Of a DNA stretch of 64,000 nucleotides, positions 1 to 23,800 are shown piece after piece. The DNA is from Tubiluchus corallicola. Lineage: Eukaryota; Animalia; Priapulida. The position numbers were made by a program, and so were the translations under genes. The notes under the pieces were generated by a model. It saw nothing but the letters and a program-made list of their open reading frames with translations. It had not been told where the DNA came from and ran no database searches. Location of the stretch: positions 372,001 to 436,000 of the forward strand of contig JAQGDQ010000148.1 of the NCBI GenBank assembly GCA_030141605.1, read 5' to 3'. Position 1 is the first letter of the stretch. Every line of letters begins with the position of its first letter.

Positions 1-758
1 ACTAAAGCAGTTTTTTTTGGTATTTTAGAAACTAAATGTTTTGTGAGCTCATGTATATTTTTTGTAATCTTGCAAATATGATAATTTACAATGTGTCACT
101 ATTGTCTGCTAAATTGTGTAGTGTTATTGCTGCCTTTTGCCAAATTTGTTTAAGAAGTTTAGTGTATTAAGATTACATTAATGTCGTGTTAGTTAGTGAT
201 GTAGACAAGTCTTAACTGCTTGAATCCCAACTTATGTTTTGTATTACGGGTAGTCGTGTTCTCATGGTACTAGTCTGAAACTAATGGAAGTTAATTTTGT
301 GAATTTCTTTCCAAATTATGAAATTCAGGTAGAATAAATTCCTTTTTTTGAAACACCTTGTGCTAAAGAAAGGTTTTCCATTAATCGATTAACTTGTGAA
401 AGCTAACAAGACAACACACTTGTAGTATAACGAGCAGCAAGTTTCGCTGTTAAAACATAGTGAGAAAATTATCGATAGCCATGCTTTTCTGTTGTCGCAA
501 ACAGATGGCAACTGCTTATGCAGAATTTTCCAATGTAAATGCTCTTGTGATTTTGTCACAAAACCAAAAATTCAAATATTTCTTGAACTAGGCATTCTAG
601 TTGTATTGGTATGAATTTGTAACAGCAGGGTTTCAAAGTATAAAAGTTTATTTTTAACTGACATAAATTCATGGCCAAGAACTCAATGACTGTTTGAAGT
701 TCATGCATTTAGTAGCTTTTCTTCAAGCGAATGTATTTCACACATTCGTGTGTTTCAG

Positions 759-10763
<10,005 letters not shown>

Positions 10764-11315
10764 CGGAATTCTTTGTATACCTAAGTGTGAGTAAAATCTT
10801 ACTGCTGTGTTTAAATTCCATATTTCTCGTAAATTCCAATTTGAAATCTTGTAAACAAAATTGTTTTTCGTAGTTTATTACAGGCTTTAGTCCTTTTTAA
10901 GAAAAAAACATTACAGTAATTTATGCCTTCATTCAAGTAGGTTCAAAGTTACTTTTCGAAATGTGCTTTATTGCACGTGCAAAAATAAATAGCTATCATA
11001 AAGTTTAAACAATGAAAATTGTGATAATTTCACTGATTTAATAGTCTTGTAGTGATTTGCACCCTGTTTTTGTTATATTCACTAAATATTAATCATTCTT
11101 TATTATTACAATGTATGTAAGACTATAAACTAGTTTTGTTAAGTACTCTACAAGTATTTATGCAATTAGGCTTTTACTTTGTTATTGCAAGTCTGACGTC
11201 ATTAGTTTCAGTTAGCTAAGCAGCTACACTTGAAATACCTTGCAGTTATGAATTTTCACCACTGTCTGTATAATTTTTCTGTTTTTAATGCTTTAATATG
11301 GTATTTATCATGTCC

Positions 11316-11321
11316 AATAAA
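11316..11321 (+). promoter_or_regulatory. candidate polyadenylation signal AATAAA for the DZANK1-like gene
   Basis: AATAAA about 550 nt after the stop. Other AATAAA copies exist nearby (e.g. ~10984), so the site actually used is uncertain. Confidence 0.35.
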
Positions 11322-14300
11322 AGCTTATCAATCTTTAGCTAACATTGTAATCCGATTGTGTATCATTTAATAGCTTAATGTCTTAGCGAGTACTCTGCAG
11401 GTTAATCAAATGTGATTTTAATACACAAGTGCTTGTGATTGTTTAATGTATGGAGTGCATTTGATTTTGCAACACGTTAGAGGTGAACCAAGAAGACAAG
11501 GATGTATTTGCAATATAAAGGTCCTATAATAATACAAATTCAATGCATAGTAATTAAGGCTTAAAACTTTACTTGTGTTGTATGACTCCTAAATGTGCTG
11601 ACTTCCTGGGACAGTGAAAATAGCATGGTGGCAATGAATTTATTCATATTACAAATGTTTTCAGTTTTGTGGAAGCATCTATAGTTTCGACTTCTGTGGC
11701 CATTATACACAGTAAACTAACATAGTAAAACTAATCTAAAAAACTAAGTCAGTATTTTACAGTTTGCAAACTAATGGAAGATGAGCATTATGAGAGTAAT
11801 GACACACTTAATATGTTGCCTTCATTTTTTAAAAAGTATGCTTTGCTCATCGTCATATTCTGTGATAGAGATATTCCGTCCTCAACTAAATGTTTCATTT
11901 ATTATTTAGTTAATATTTATCATTTTTTAAAAAAGTACTTTCTACTGCATTAGTTTAATTGCATAATCAATTACCTAGTGGATCATTTTAATACTGTATC
12001 TTGAAAGATTTGGAGTTGACCTTTCATGATTTTGTAATATCCTATTTCTTTTTATAGTAATTTTGTATAGTTTTTGTGTATAAATATTTATTTACACTTG
12101 TAAACTTATTTCCAAACAAGCCCAAAGAAATATTAATACTAGATTAGTGCTGGCAAATCTATCAGACTTCATCTTTCTGCAAAGCATGGACAGGTCTCTG
12201 TTTCCTTTTCTAAGCATTTGTTCTAAAAACAATGACTGCTGAAATAGTGTATCTTTAAAATTTTCTGTGACGTGAATGTAAAAATTCTAGTTGGTCTATT
12301 TTCTTGCACTGTAAACCAAAAGATGCTTGATGTTTTTCATTGTGTGTGTGTGGCTAATCTATTCTGTTTGATCAACAGAATAGAGAGGCCTGATTTACCA
12401 TTAGTAGTGGTCACCACTCACACAAAACCGGTTACAATTTGAATGATACTATACATTCTCAACATTAAGCATTACCAAGATTGTTTGTAGATGGGCTTAA
12501 ACTTTGGTATTAAATTATAGTTAAATTTTCAAAGATTCTCTTACTAAATTACCAAATTTCTTCTTTCTAATAATGATCGTTTACCCATCTGTTGAACTTG
12601 AATGGTGTACTTTTTCATGTCATGACATCTATAAAATGCAATACGTGTAGTAAATTCACTTTAATAGTGAATTGTATGTAATAACTACAGAAATAAATCA
12701 CAAAAAATTAAAATGATTTCTACTTGCATAATAAATAAACAATGATTGTATAGATGTATTTACATCACATTCATAATTAAAACATGTGCAGTGTAACCTC
12801 ATATCTCTATCTGTAATTACTTAAAGTAATTATATATATACGTGTATATTAATAAACAACTGAAATAACAGCATAATAATAATGTCATGTCAGTTATAGT
12901 TCAATACTAAGAAAAAAATCAGCTGACAGTACATGTACGCCAAATAAACATTACTAATAAAATGTCATTTTTTATAATTGCATTTAAGTACTGCACTTAA
13001 TCGTCATGATATAATTGATAAGAGTTGTACTATATATACTATGTATATATATATATATAGTTATCAGATCACTATTGGTTAAGTTTTCAGTTATACATGT
13101 AAATTTAGAATATTCGTGTAAGAATGTAAACAATGCCGGTTATAAGTAGTTAACTATTGGCAGCAACATCTGTCTATAAAACCTAAATATATAACAGCAA
13201 AAACAGGTGACAAATATGTATAAATAGTATAATTAGAGCCAGATATTAGTCGTAAGCTTAAAGCACAATCACATTTATGCGAAATTTGGAGAAATGGTGA
13301 GCCTTTATTTTTTTGTAATGTGATGACACCAAGTGGAAGTTATTTTCCTGCAGCCACCCACTTATCTACTAATTATACCTGTTGTTGTTTAGATTTGGAA
13401 CATTGCGGCTACATGTGGCTCATATGCATAAAACATGCCAGTAATAATGTGTTGTTGTTTTGGAAGTGTTCCTTCATATTTCATTTACGTACAAACACGC
13501 AAGCTTTTTTCACCTACAGGGTACATGTACTGTAGTGTACATATTTCACAGTAAGCTGATCGCTAAAAAGTAACCCATCTCACTGAATGAGATTAATCTA
13601 CTGATTTTATTTAAGAATAAAAGAAATGAAAAGATCAATTGGCAAATGGTTACTAATCAATTTTGCAGGCTGTAACACTCTTGGTGCAGTATGTCCAAAT
13701 TGTTTGATCAACCTTTATCCATTGACAAATAAGAAAATTAGATTAGCACCCTTTCTGAAACTTTTTCATTTGATGTGTACAAAAAACAGCAGAGGAGTAA
13801 CAGCCCTTCCGTAACTATAATTATTGGCTGCATAATGCAGCATGCTTTGCGTAAATATTAGTTCTCATTTCTCATGTCCACTGAATGAAACTGGGACAAT
13901 AACCTAGCTTTAACAAGTAGTTGAAAAGAAGGAATAAAATCTGCAACATTGTCTTTAATTATAAACAGATATGCAACAATAAATTAAACTAGTTACCTTA
14001 CTTACATTAATACTTTCAAAAAATTTAAACTAATGGCCTAAAATTGTCATGCTTTAACAACATGGGAACAATCACATATTTACATGATCTAAGCTGTGTA
14101 CAACTGGTATTCTTTCTGTGAAAAGGTAAATTATAATTTTAATAGGCTTATAATAATACAAAGCTAAAATTGTAAAATATAATATTGTGTAATATGATAA
14201 TGAAAATCTGATAAATAAGAAAAGGAAGACAGGTATCCATTATTTACAAAACAATCAACTAATAGAATAAAAATTTTGTCAAACTTACAAGCATAATCAC

Positions 14301-14624
14301 AAGAAGCCATTTTATTTGTCTATAATTATTAAGTAGACAAATAAAACAAATTATTTAACATTTTATCGTGCCGTTAATGTCAAAATAATAACAAAGTCGA
14401 CTACTAATATTTTGAACGAACAAGCAAACTCTCGATACAAATTGCTGGGTGCAAACGTCACATGATGATTTGTAAACAACGAGGTTTAATAACTCAAGGC
14501 CAGTGGCAGTGACTTTTCTTTCCCTAAGATGAACACAATTTTCGCATTATGCAAATTCAACAATTTTAAAATTTCTTTTTTAAAATATACTTTACAACTT
14601 AATAAAATAATCTTCATTCAAGTC

Positions 14625-14811
14625 TCAGCTAGGATTCTTGAGGAGGCGTTTCTGTCTGAAGTCGTACACACGTCGGCAAATGAACACAAGATCACTGTGT
14701 GTGTCGTTGGTAGGCAGGCGGTCACGGCGCGGGTATACTTCGTCTGGCTCTGGTACTATAGCTGGACTTGGTTGCCAGTTTGCATCATGCAAACATTTGT
14801 TCTTAAGATAA
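14625..14811 (-). CDS. BAHD1: BAHD1-like terminal exon
   Basis: YLKNK...[36 protein letters not shown], stop at 14627-14625. Confidence 0.9.
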
Positions 14812-17800
14812 CTGTAAAGAACAAAATATCTTAAGTCATTGCAGTTTTCGACATCAGAATGTTTTCACAACATACAGCGGCGGTGACACTGTTCAAATCA
14901 AGTGAAACTACTAATTTTACAATTCTCCCCAAGTTTCTCTGTTCTCTGAATTAAAACTGCATAATTTTAGTTTTATAGTCTTTCGGGTTTTGGAAAATGT
15001 TGGCAAAGACAAAAAAGTGACGTAACTAACATTCTAATAGCCTTTACTTTTAGATTTTTTGAGTGATTTCATTATTTAACTGTTACACAAACTTTTCTTA
15101 TACTATCAGATTCTAGGTCATAGTTTACATTATTTCAATTGTTTGCATATAAACCAGTTTATGTGGTGCTCAGCAAATTTGAGAACCAGATTCTTTTGCT
15201 AAAAAACGCTAAACTAGTCTCCGATGTGCCAACTCCACATCCAGATTTGTCTCGCAATGAACATGAAATGAGATCATTAAGTTCTTCCTTGAAAAAAGTT
15301 TCAGGGAAAGCAGAGACAGCAAATCTCACTGTTAACTGATGAGTTCTGTTAACCTCTGCCTCTTTTACACACTGCCACATACACATTCACATATTCATAG
15401 AAAACAGATAACGAACAATGGAACTTATGCATTAATAGCTACTTTTGCTTTTAAATACACATAAATTTATACTGCATGAAAAGTAATAGAAGTCGCTTCA
15501 GGTTAATAAATAAAAGTTTCTGTTACATTGAATAAAATGAAGAATAACTGATTTGTGACATCACTTCTGTTAACAGTGACATAAATTAAGTTGTTTTGTT
15601 GAATAAACTACTGCAAGAAACGACTTGCCTACATAGAGACACTAACTCGACAGCTTATGACAATTACGCTTTTAGAATATTTTGAATAAATCGCATGTGA
15701 ATAATGCCATGCATTCATTACCGTGCATATTCATTGTGAGTCAACACAAAACATTTATCTTCAATGCAGGCTACATTGTTTTCGTCTTGATGTTTACTAG
15801 CAAACAATTCAGTAGGAAGGCAGTGCGGAAGCTTAGTAAGTTCCACATGCTCAGGTCGATAATACCAGAGTAGACTCATCATTATTTCACCTGAAAATTA
15901 GAGCATAAATAAATAATATACTTAAAGAACTCACTAAACTGGAAAGTAATAACTGTAAGAAAGTTACGTCCCTGAATGCTACAACGTCGCTCACTTCAAG
16001 AAAAATGTAAATGGATGACTGGTATCATTAGTAAATCTAGAATATGAGTTCCATTTCTCTAGACACATATTTATATTTCCACATTTTTATTATAACCCCT
16101 TACCTTGAGTGCCACTGGCCTTGTATTGGGCAATTTGTATATAAAAAAATTACTTGGGCTATAATTTATGTGCATAAATAATAAACACTTAGTTACTAAC
16201 CATCTTCAGGATTTTCATAGAATGAGGCAACTTTGGCGATGAATGGCAAGTCCTTCTTCCGGAAGCCAGACTTAAGCAAAACGCAATCACGTACTTTGAT
16301 TACGTCTCCCTCAGCGTGCTTAATACCATCGAAACACTTGCGCATTTTTGGCAAAACATCATTCTGAAAATTTCAACAAATAAAAATATGTTGCTCACTC
16401 ATTGTGCTTTACGTTTATTAGACCAATCCACATACAGTTGCTACACAACTATATGCAAAATAGTGAGTATAGCGGTTACAATTTACAAATAACAATTTTG
16501 TGGTGTAAAGAAGCAAGGTTAGAAAAATAACGAGTTTCCACAATATGTGCTTAGCTACGAAAGTCAAATAACAATGACTAGCAAGCCTCAACAGTAAATG
16601 CAGGTGGTGACCATCAAAACTAGCGTCTGTAGGCATTTTATGTACCACACTGCCTAAAATGATTTATTTCATCGAGAGAGGAGTTTCATTGTCTCATCTT
16701 ACAAGATTATTCATGATGATAAGTAAGTTCTGGCCTAACCGTAATCGTTGAACATTGGTAGCGAGCTGGCTGTAGAAAAAATACACATTTCTAAAATTTA
16801 AAATCTTAAAATAATGCAAGAAAATGATAAATGCAGTTAATATTTAGAAGTATAATTTGCCCAACAAAAATAAACTAAATTAGATAACAAAACTAACTAC
16901 AAATAATAATATGGCACTCAAAAGTCTTTTTCAACAGTATTAAATATACTTTTCCTCAAGGACACTCCTTGTTTATTAAGCAGACATACTGAAAAAATTA
17001 TGAAAACAAAACCTACAGCAACTTAAGAATTCAGAAATGATGTTATGAATAAATAAATAGATGTACCTGAGCGTAAACAAGTTTCTCCGAGCTCTGTCCA
17101 TGCAATGTCCACTCATAACTCAGTCGGAACCTTTCCACTTGCTTGCGGGACACCTTGACAACTCCCGAGGAGGATTTAACTGCTTTCTCGTCAATTTCTG
17201 GAGATTTTCGTTTGTGAGACGAAGCTGGCTTAGGCTTCACCTCCCCGCCATTGGACTTTGAAAGCTTGCCATGACTAACTTTTAAGTTGACAACTTTTGG
17301 GGACTTCTTTAGTGGCTGTTTTGTGACAACTTTCTTTTCGCTTATCTTAATCTGCCTCACTGACTCAAGTTTTGGCGTAACAGAAATCGAAGTGCTATGT
17401 TTAGATTTACTTAGAACTGGCGTATCAGTGATATGTTTCACTGGAGTTTTTGCAGGCACAAAGTTACAGCCAGTACCAGATTTTGATATAGCAACTGTTT
17501 GACTACTACTTTTGCTCAAGTTCCCATAAGTCTGTTTACCAGCACGTGAAACTATAGCATTGTACCTAGATGATGTACTTGCTTCTAGCTTTGGTAAGAG
17601 CGATGTACCGGCTAATGGTCTAACACCATTTCCAGAATGCAATGGAGGAGGAACAGTTTGTCGGATGAGAACAGGTGGGCCACTGTCAATAGATGCAGCA
17701 ATTTCACTGCCACTAGTTGCCGTGCTATCATCGTATACAGACTTGATTGGTGACAGTACAGGAGGCCCGCTCAAGTGCCGTGATCTCACTAGTGCACCAG

Positions 17801-20800
17801 TTTTGTGCTTAATGATAGACAGTACAGGCGGTCCGGCATCAGCATTGAGTTTTGTTGTTCCTATACATTTGCGCTTAGTTACCAATAACGGCTTAGCATT
17901 GCTTTTAAGTAGAGAGACTCCAGCAGTAACAGTTGGCATGGAAGTAATTATACTATTGTGCTTAGTTGTACTAATATTGCTAAGCTTGGACAGTGCTGAA
18001 GGTACCACAGTATTCTGAGGAAAAGCCATATTTTGGTTGGGACGAAACTGTATGACGCCTTTGCTAGTGACATTTTCTAACATGCCACTTTTACTACAGT
18101 TCGATATTAGCTCACCACATTGTGATTTACTGAGATTATACACCAGCCGCTTATGAAGGAACAGTGACTCCTTTTTCTGGTTTGTTTTTTCTTGATCATT
18201 TTGCGATTTCTTTGATGCCTTTTGTAGATACTGGTGCTTTTTTGTCTTATTGTCACTACCAGTTAATCCATTACTGTCGCCAGTTTTACACACGACAGTA
18301 CTTCTTACAGCAGATTTAACTTTAACATTTTTTCCAGCTTTTGCTAATTGTGATGAATAGTTATTTCTTCCGATAATTTTATCTTTTCCTGTCTTTACTA
18401 GCTTGTATCTGATCTCTCCGTTTTTAAATTTTGTTGGCTTTATAGCACGCTCATTCACACCTTGTTCTTTTGCACCAGTAAAGATCTTTCGCTTCTTGTC
18501 TTTTGGCCCAGTACTATTGCTGTTCTCCTGACATTTTGACAAATCTATACAGTCTGCAGTTGATTCTACAGTGTTAAAATCCCGACTATCTAGCACAACC
18601 TCTACAGACTTGGCAGAATCAACTCTTTCGGGATCTTCTTTAATTTCAATAACCTGCTCGACGTTTATACCTTTCTGCGGTTGTTTGCGCGATGCACAAT
18701 GCACAATGGTCTCACTAGGTGGCAGAAAACCACCCATGGTAGGCAGTTGCTGGTGCAAATCAGGAGTCTGGGACTGTGGAATTCGAATGGGAACAGGTTT
18801 AGGTAGTAAACAAGCATCACTGTAAGTCTGAATAAGTGGACCAGCTGGCTGATAGAAATCTGTAAAAAGACAATTAGAATGAAACAAATTGCATGACAAG
18901 TATTGAAAAGCAGTTCACAAGCACGGCGGTTTATATAACCAAGCTTGTGAAATGTAAATGAAGATATTTGCATGTCATATATGCCAAATAGCTAAATGCA
19001 GGGGACTAAAAATTTTGCTCAATTTTTTAGTTAACTATGAGTTTTCATAAAAATACATATAAAATATGACATTATAGAACCACTTTGGTAATAGGGTTAT
19101 TGGTTACACTATTTGCTAACTTCAATTTCGTCAACCTGCAAAATTTCTGCACAACAAATTATTAATGAACAATGCATAATATAAAAACATTTCTAGATAA
19201 TAAGCAGTTTAAGGCCTACAACCAGAGGAATGCTGCGTATTGTGTGTGCAAATAAAAAGTAAAATATTTACAACAAATGCACTAAAAGCAAAAAAATTTA
19301 GATTCTTATTAAGAACTAGTTTAACTAACGTACAATCCCAGCCACTTTTTGCTTGGCAAGTAATATTTCGTGTTCTGTAATGTAATCAAATTGTTACAAA
19401 TTATAAACCAAAGCAATTACAGAAACGTACCATGTGTATAAGGTAAACCAGCTGGAGTCGGCCTATATGGATGATGAGGTGATACGGCTTGAAATGCACT
19501 AGGATACGACGTCTGTAACAGGAGTGGATTTATGCGTGTATAAGAACAAGTTTGACACTGACACGCAGGCAGTGGTTGTATGGCTGAATACAGTGGTGTA
19601 GCCGAAGCCTATAAAATAAGTCAACACCCAGTATGTAAACATAAGTATAAACAATCACAATAAACACATTTACAGGCTAGTTTAACTTACAGAAATAATC
19701 TTGAAGTAGCGCTTTTGACCTAATCCAATAGGAACGCTTGCATTCTCAAAGTGGAAGAAAACTGTCAGTCCTTCATTGAAAGTCTAGAATAATATTTTAA
19801 GGCTTAGTAGCCATTCATGTCTAAACTTCTAAAGTACATTCTCATTCTCCCAGTCAAGATATATCACTTGCGACTTTGCTGATCTTTAATTATCATTAAT
19901 AGACATTAAGCGTTTTTCCCTGGTTAAGGCTATACAAACTGCTAAGTAGTAAGATTATCGAGCTGTCATTGAGACATAGTTAATGGCTTTGCTTTCAGTA
20001 TCTGCAGTTTTAATAATTATTTCATTAAGCACTATGTATCAAAAATTAGTATTCGTTGTAATCATTAATAATCCTGCTATGATATAATGACAAAAAGATA
20101 AAACCTTCGCTCATTTTAACAGACAATATTAGCACTAACAGCTATTTAGTGACTTACGCTTACAACAATACCTGTAAAGATGCAACACACAAATAACAAA
20201 TAACATATAGAGTGTACATCCACTAATCTCAAATCCAAGACTGCATCGTTGCAGTCCGAAATCTAGACCATTTGGCCACCCATCCCAAGACAAGATGATT
20301 TAGCAATTTGTAAATCGTTAAGAAAATTGTAAGTTATTGTGACTAAATATATAATCATTTTTTTATGTAAATTGTGTTTTAATTTAGTTATATAAGGACA
20401 AAGTGCAATGGTTTAATGTAAAACTTTTATTCAATTCGTTCCTCTGCACAGTCTGCTTAGAGAAAAGAAAAAAGCAAGCTTCAATTTGTCAGCGTAAGAT
20501 GTCGAATTCTCAATTAATTAAAAAAGCCTACCTTTCCAGTTATTTGTGGAATAATTTAAAAGTTAAAAACTTTCTTCTCCACATATAAGCAAGATTTCCT
20601 AAGTTTAAGTCCAGCTAATTTTCTATAGCTTCCTTTCCATACCACGAATACCTTCCTTGTTATGGCAAAAGAACATATAGCAACCAACATGAATAATTTA
20701 TCAGTTGATACCCACTACTTTACATTAAAGCTTAGGACTGTTGGACACTTCACTGGGTGCAAATTTAGCAATTTTTCTAAAGGTAATGGGGACAAGCACC

Positions 20801-23800
20801 TAGGCCTTTCCCATTTTTCTCAGTGCGTATAGAACCCTATACAATAATTAATTTGACACAGCAATTTGACAACATTAAAATATTTTTCCTTATATACCTG
20901 CTTAGGTTATTTCTGCCTAATCTGTATTTAAGAGTAAATTCCTCATTCGAGACAATTTCATTAAACTCCCAAACGACACTTATCTTTTTATATACTAACG
21001 GCATGCATTTTAGCAAAATATATTTGCATTTCATCTGTTTCCTTTTCTATTACCACTTTTTAAAATAGTTCATTCAGTTTATGAATAAGTGAAGTTAATC
21101 AGGCTAAATCCAACATGCACCCACAACAATGTCATTAACATGGCGGCGTCTTTGCATAAAGCAACATGCAAGTGAAAACTTCTGTAATTTGGAGTTTGGA
21201 TGCTTCCTATATAACCAGATCAAATTAAATTATCCTGTAAACATTAGTTTTCTGCACTGCTAACTGCATACGTCGACTCAGAAAAGATACAAAGTATGCG
21301 GAAACATGATGAACATGGCAAGCTTAGTTTATAAGCCACGGGAACCAGTATAGAGACTTTTGCCTGTTCGTCGGCAGATTCACCAGAACAGATAGATCGC
21401 AAAACGTGGATCAAACAGCAGGGGTCCACCTCGCAATGGCCAATGAGGCACTCTTAATTAGCCCTAACTGTTTTTTGATTTTTGAGGGCCTGGGCCTTTA
21501 GTCACATGCCCAACCATATTTGCACAAAAGCCTATATGAAATATACAGCTAAAGTGTGTGTGTTCATGATTGTTTTTGCTTTTTTCTTGCTGTAAAACAC
21601 CTTGTGCAGCTAAAATTCGTTAATAAAAGTGAAAAATGGTGAAGCAGTGTGCTTGCGGCATGTGTAATGTGGATATATGGTATCCAGAAAGGTTAGAAGG
21701 ACTTTGACTTATAAATCGAACCCTCTTTCAGCTGAGTTCCCCAACCCAAAAAAGACTTAGAAGGGTGTCAATGATGGGTCAGAACATGCGGGAGGCCACA
21801 TGAACAGCTCAACCCATTAACAATTAATAAAAATTGTGCTGTCTGCTAAAAGAGAAGTTTTTTAATGTTTTATTATTACTGCTGGTTACTAATAGAACGT
21901 GTTGTGCTAAACCAAGACTTAAGTCACTGCAACAAAATATTCCAGATACTGTACAGCATAAAATAGGATTTTGTTCATTGAGCATGACTGTTTGAACGTA
22001 CAGTAGTATAGTTAAATAGATCACCTGGGCTAACTTACTTGATTTTTAATTTATTCAGTTTTCGTGTTTATGTTAGAATTAGGTACAAGACACTAAAATA
22101 ATTTGCTTTTTTGGTGTAAGTAAAAGTGTTATAAAAATTTTGCTTTACGACTCAACATGTAGAGCTAAGTTAATACACCATTTCATATTTGTTAATTTAC
22201 CACTATGTTGTAACTTTTATTATAACTAGCGCTTTTATCGTAACTGTGTTTGAAACTTCGCAGTAAATCTTGATATAGTGCACATATCCTTGCGTATAAT
22301 AATTAAGTCCTCTTTGTAAGGATTTGCTAGACAAGTTCTTATAATTTGGTAAATAGCACAATGATACATTTTCCGGAATCGCCGATAAATCACTTAAAAT
22401 ACACCTATTTTCCATGTTGTTCACGCCTGTTTATATACTGTAGTGACTTGCAGCGAGGGAGTATTTGTGAGAACGTGTGTTACATCATCAAGGTGGGTGG
22501 GACTAATTGCCATTTGCGATCTATCTATTTCCAGGAGGATGGACATTACATTTGCACCCCGCTTCAATTAGGATGAAAGTTAATAAGTGTTTTATAAATT
22601 AAGGCCATAGTTCTTACTTCTATGACATACCTGCATGTAACCACTGATGACAGAACCAGTAGGCTGAGGATTAAATGACGATTCACATTTCACTTGGACT
22701 GCATTTGTGGTTAATGTTTTCCTAGTAGACTGACTTGAATTCTGGTGATCTGATGTCAATGCTCGTCTAAGTGACTGACGTTGAGATTCCTAAACAAAAA
22801 GTTTTTGAATTTAAACAAAAATTAATTGCCGTACCCTTTCTGAAAACAAATCTTTTGAATTAAAACAAATTTTAACTAAATTTTTCTCATATAACTACAT
22901 TTGTGAAACATTTAGCTCAGTGCTTTAACACTATAGCTTATACAAAATGTACAAAAGCTTAAAAATGAAAAATTTAACTTTCTTCACATGTTGGAGATTC
23001 CAGGTAATTTCTACAAACTTGCACCCAAACTGATAAAGTCACATTTCCTACATAAATATGTAGGTACGATTTTAAGGGATACGCATCAACAGTGGTCAGT
23101 TTAATATATGCAGTAAAATCAAGGATACGTCAGAAAATTATCGCTTTGTTTTTAACAATTATAACTTACTTTATTCTTATCTAAAACTTTCTGATGTTGA
23201 CTACATGGCACGGATTCACTACTAGCAGATGATAAGCTAGACAGAGTATGTTTGCTGTCTGGTGTCCAAGTACTAACCGATGACGATGGAGTCGGAGTCT
23301 TGGTGAGATCTACTAATTCTTCCGTTTTTACCTCAATTTTCATTTCTGGCTCAATACGAGGTGACCTACGCACTTTAATGAGGCTTTTGCCACGCTGTGC
23401 ATCAAGTGTACTAGCAACAAGAAGTGCCATGGCATTTAAACTAGCAACACGCTTGCATGATCGGGTGTCGATCACTGCATCCATATCTACTTCGCGACTA
23501 GTTCTAGAGTTGCTACCTTTCGAAGTTCTGAGCGGCTTCTTAAATAATTTCTTTTTGTCTGTTTGCTTTTGTTTCCCTTTTATTAGATCTTTACAAGACT
23601 TTACAGCATGTTTCAAAATTTCAGATCCCTTTGAAAGAGCTTTGTCTTTTGCCACTCTGATTTTTTTGCCAGATTTTTCTTTTAAGGACAAATTTTTACT
23701 GTTGCTCGAATGTGAAATTTTTTTCAATTTGTTCTTGCTCGATTTTTGATTAACAGCCTTTTCCTCAGTCACATTATCATCAACATCATTATTCCATGCA

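Larger units (their letters stand above)
20755..22559. mobile_element. decayed two-ORF DNA transposon (THAP transposase plus convergent second ORF; PHIS/ISL2EU-like)
   Basis: THAP pseudo-ORF on + from 21636 and a convergent ORF on - from 22415; short inverted ends gggtgcaaat / atttgcaccc. Boundaries are tentative. Confidence 0.55.

Noticed and set aside
17061-18825. Plus-strand ORFs (66-152 aa) overlapping the large BAHD1 exon; likewise 23252-23749
   Set aside because: These are antisense shadows of a long coding exon, with no independent motifs or splice structure.
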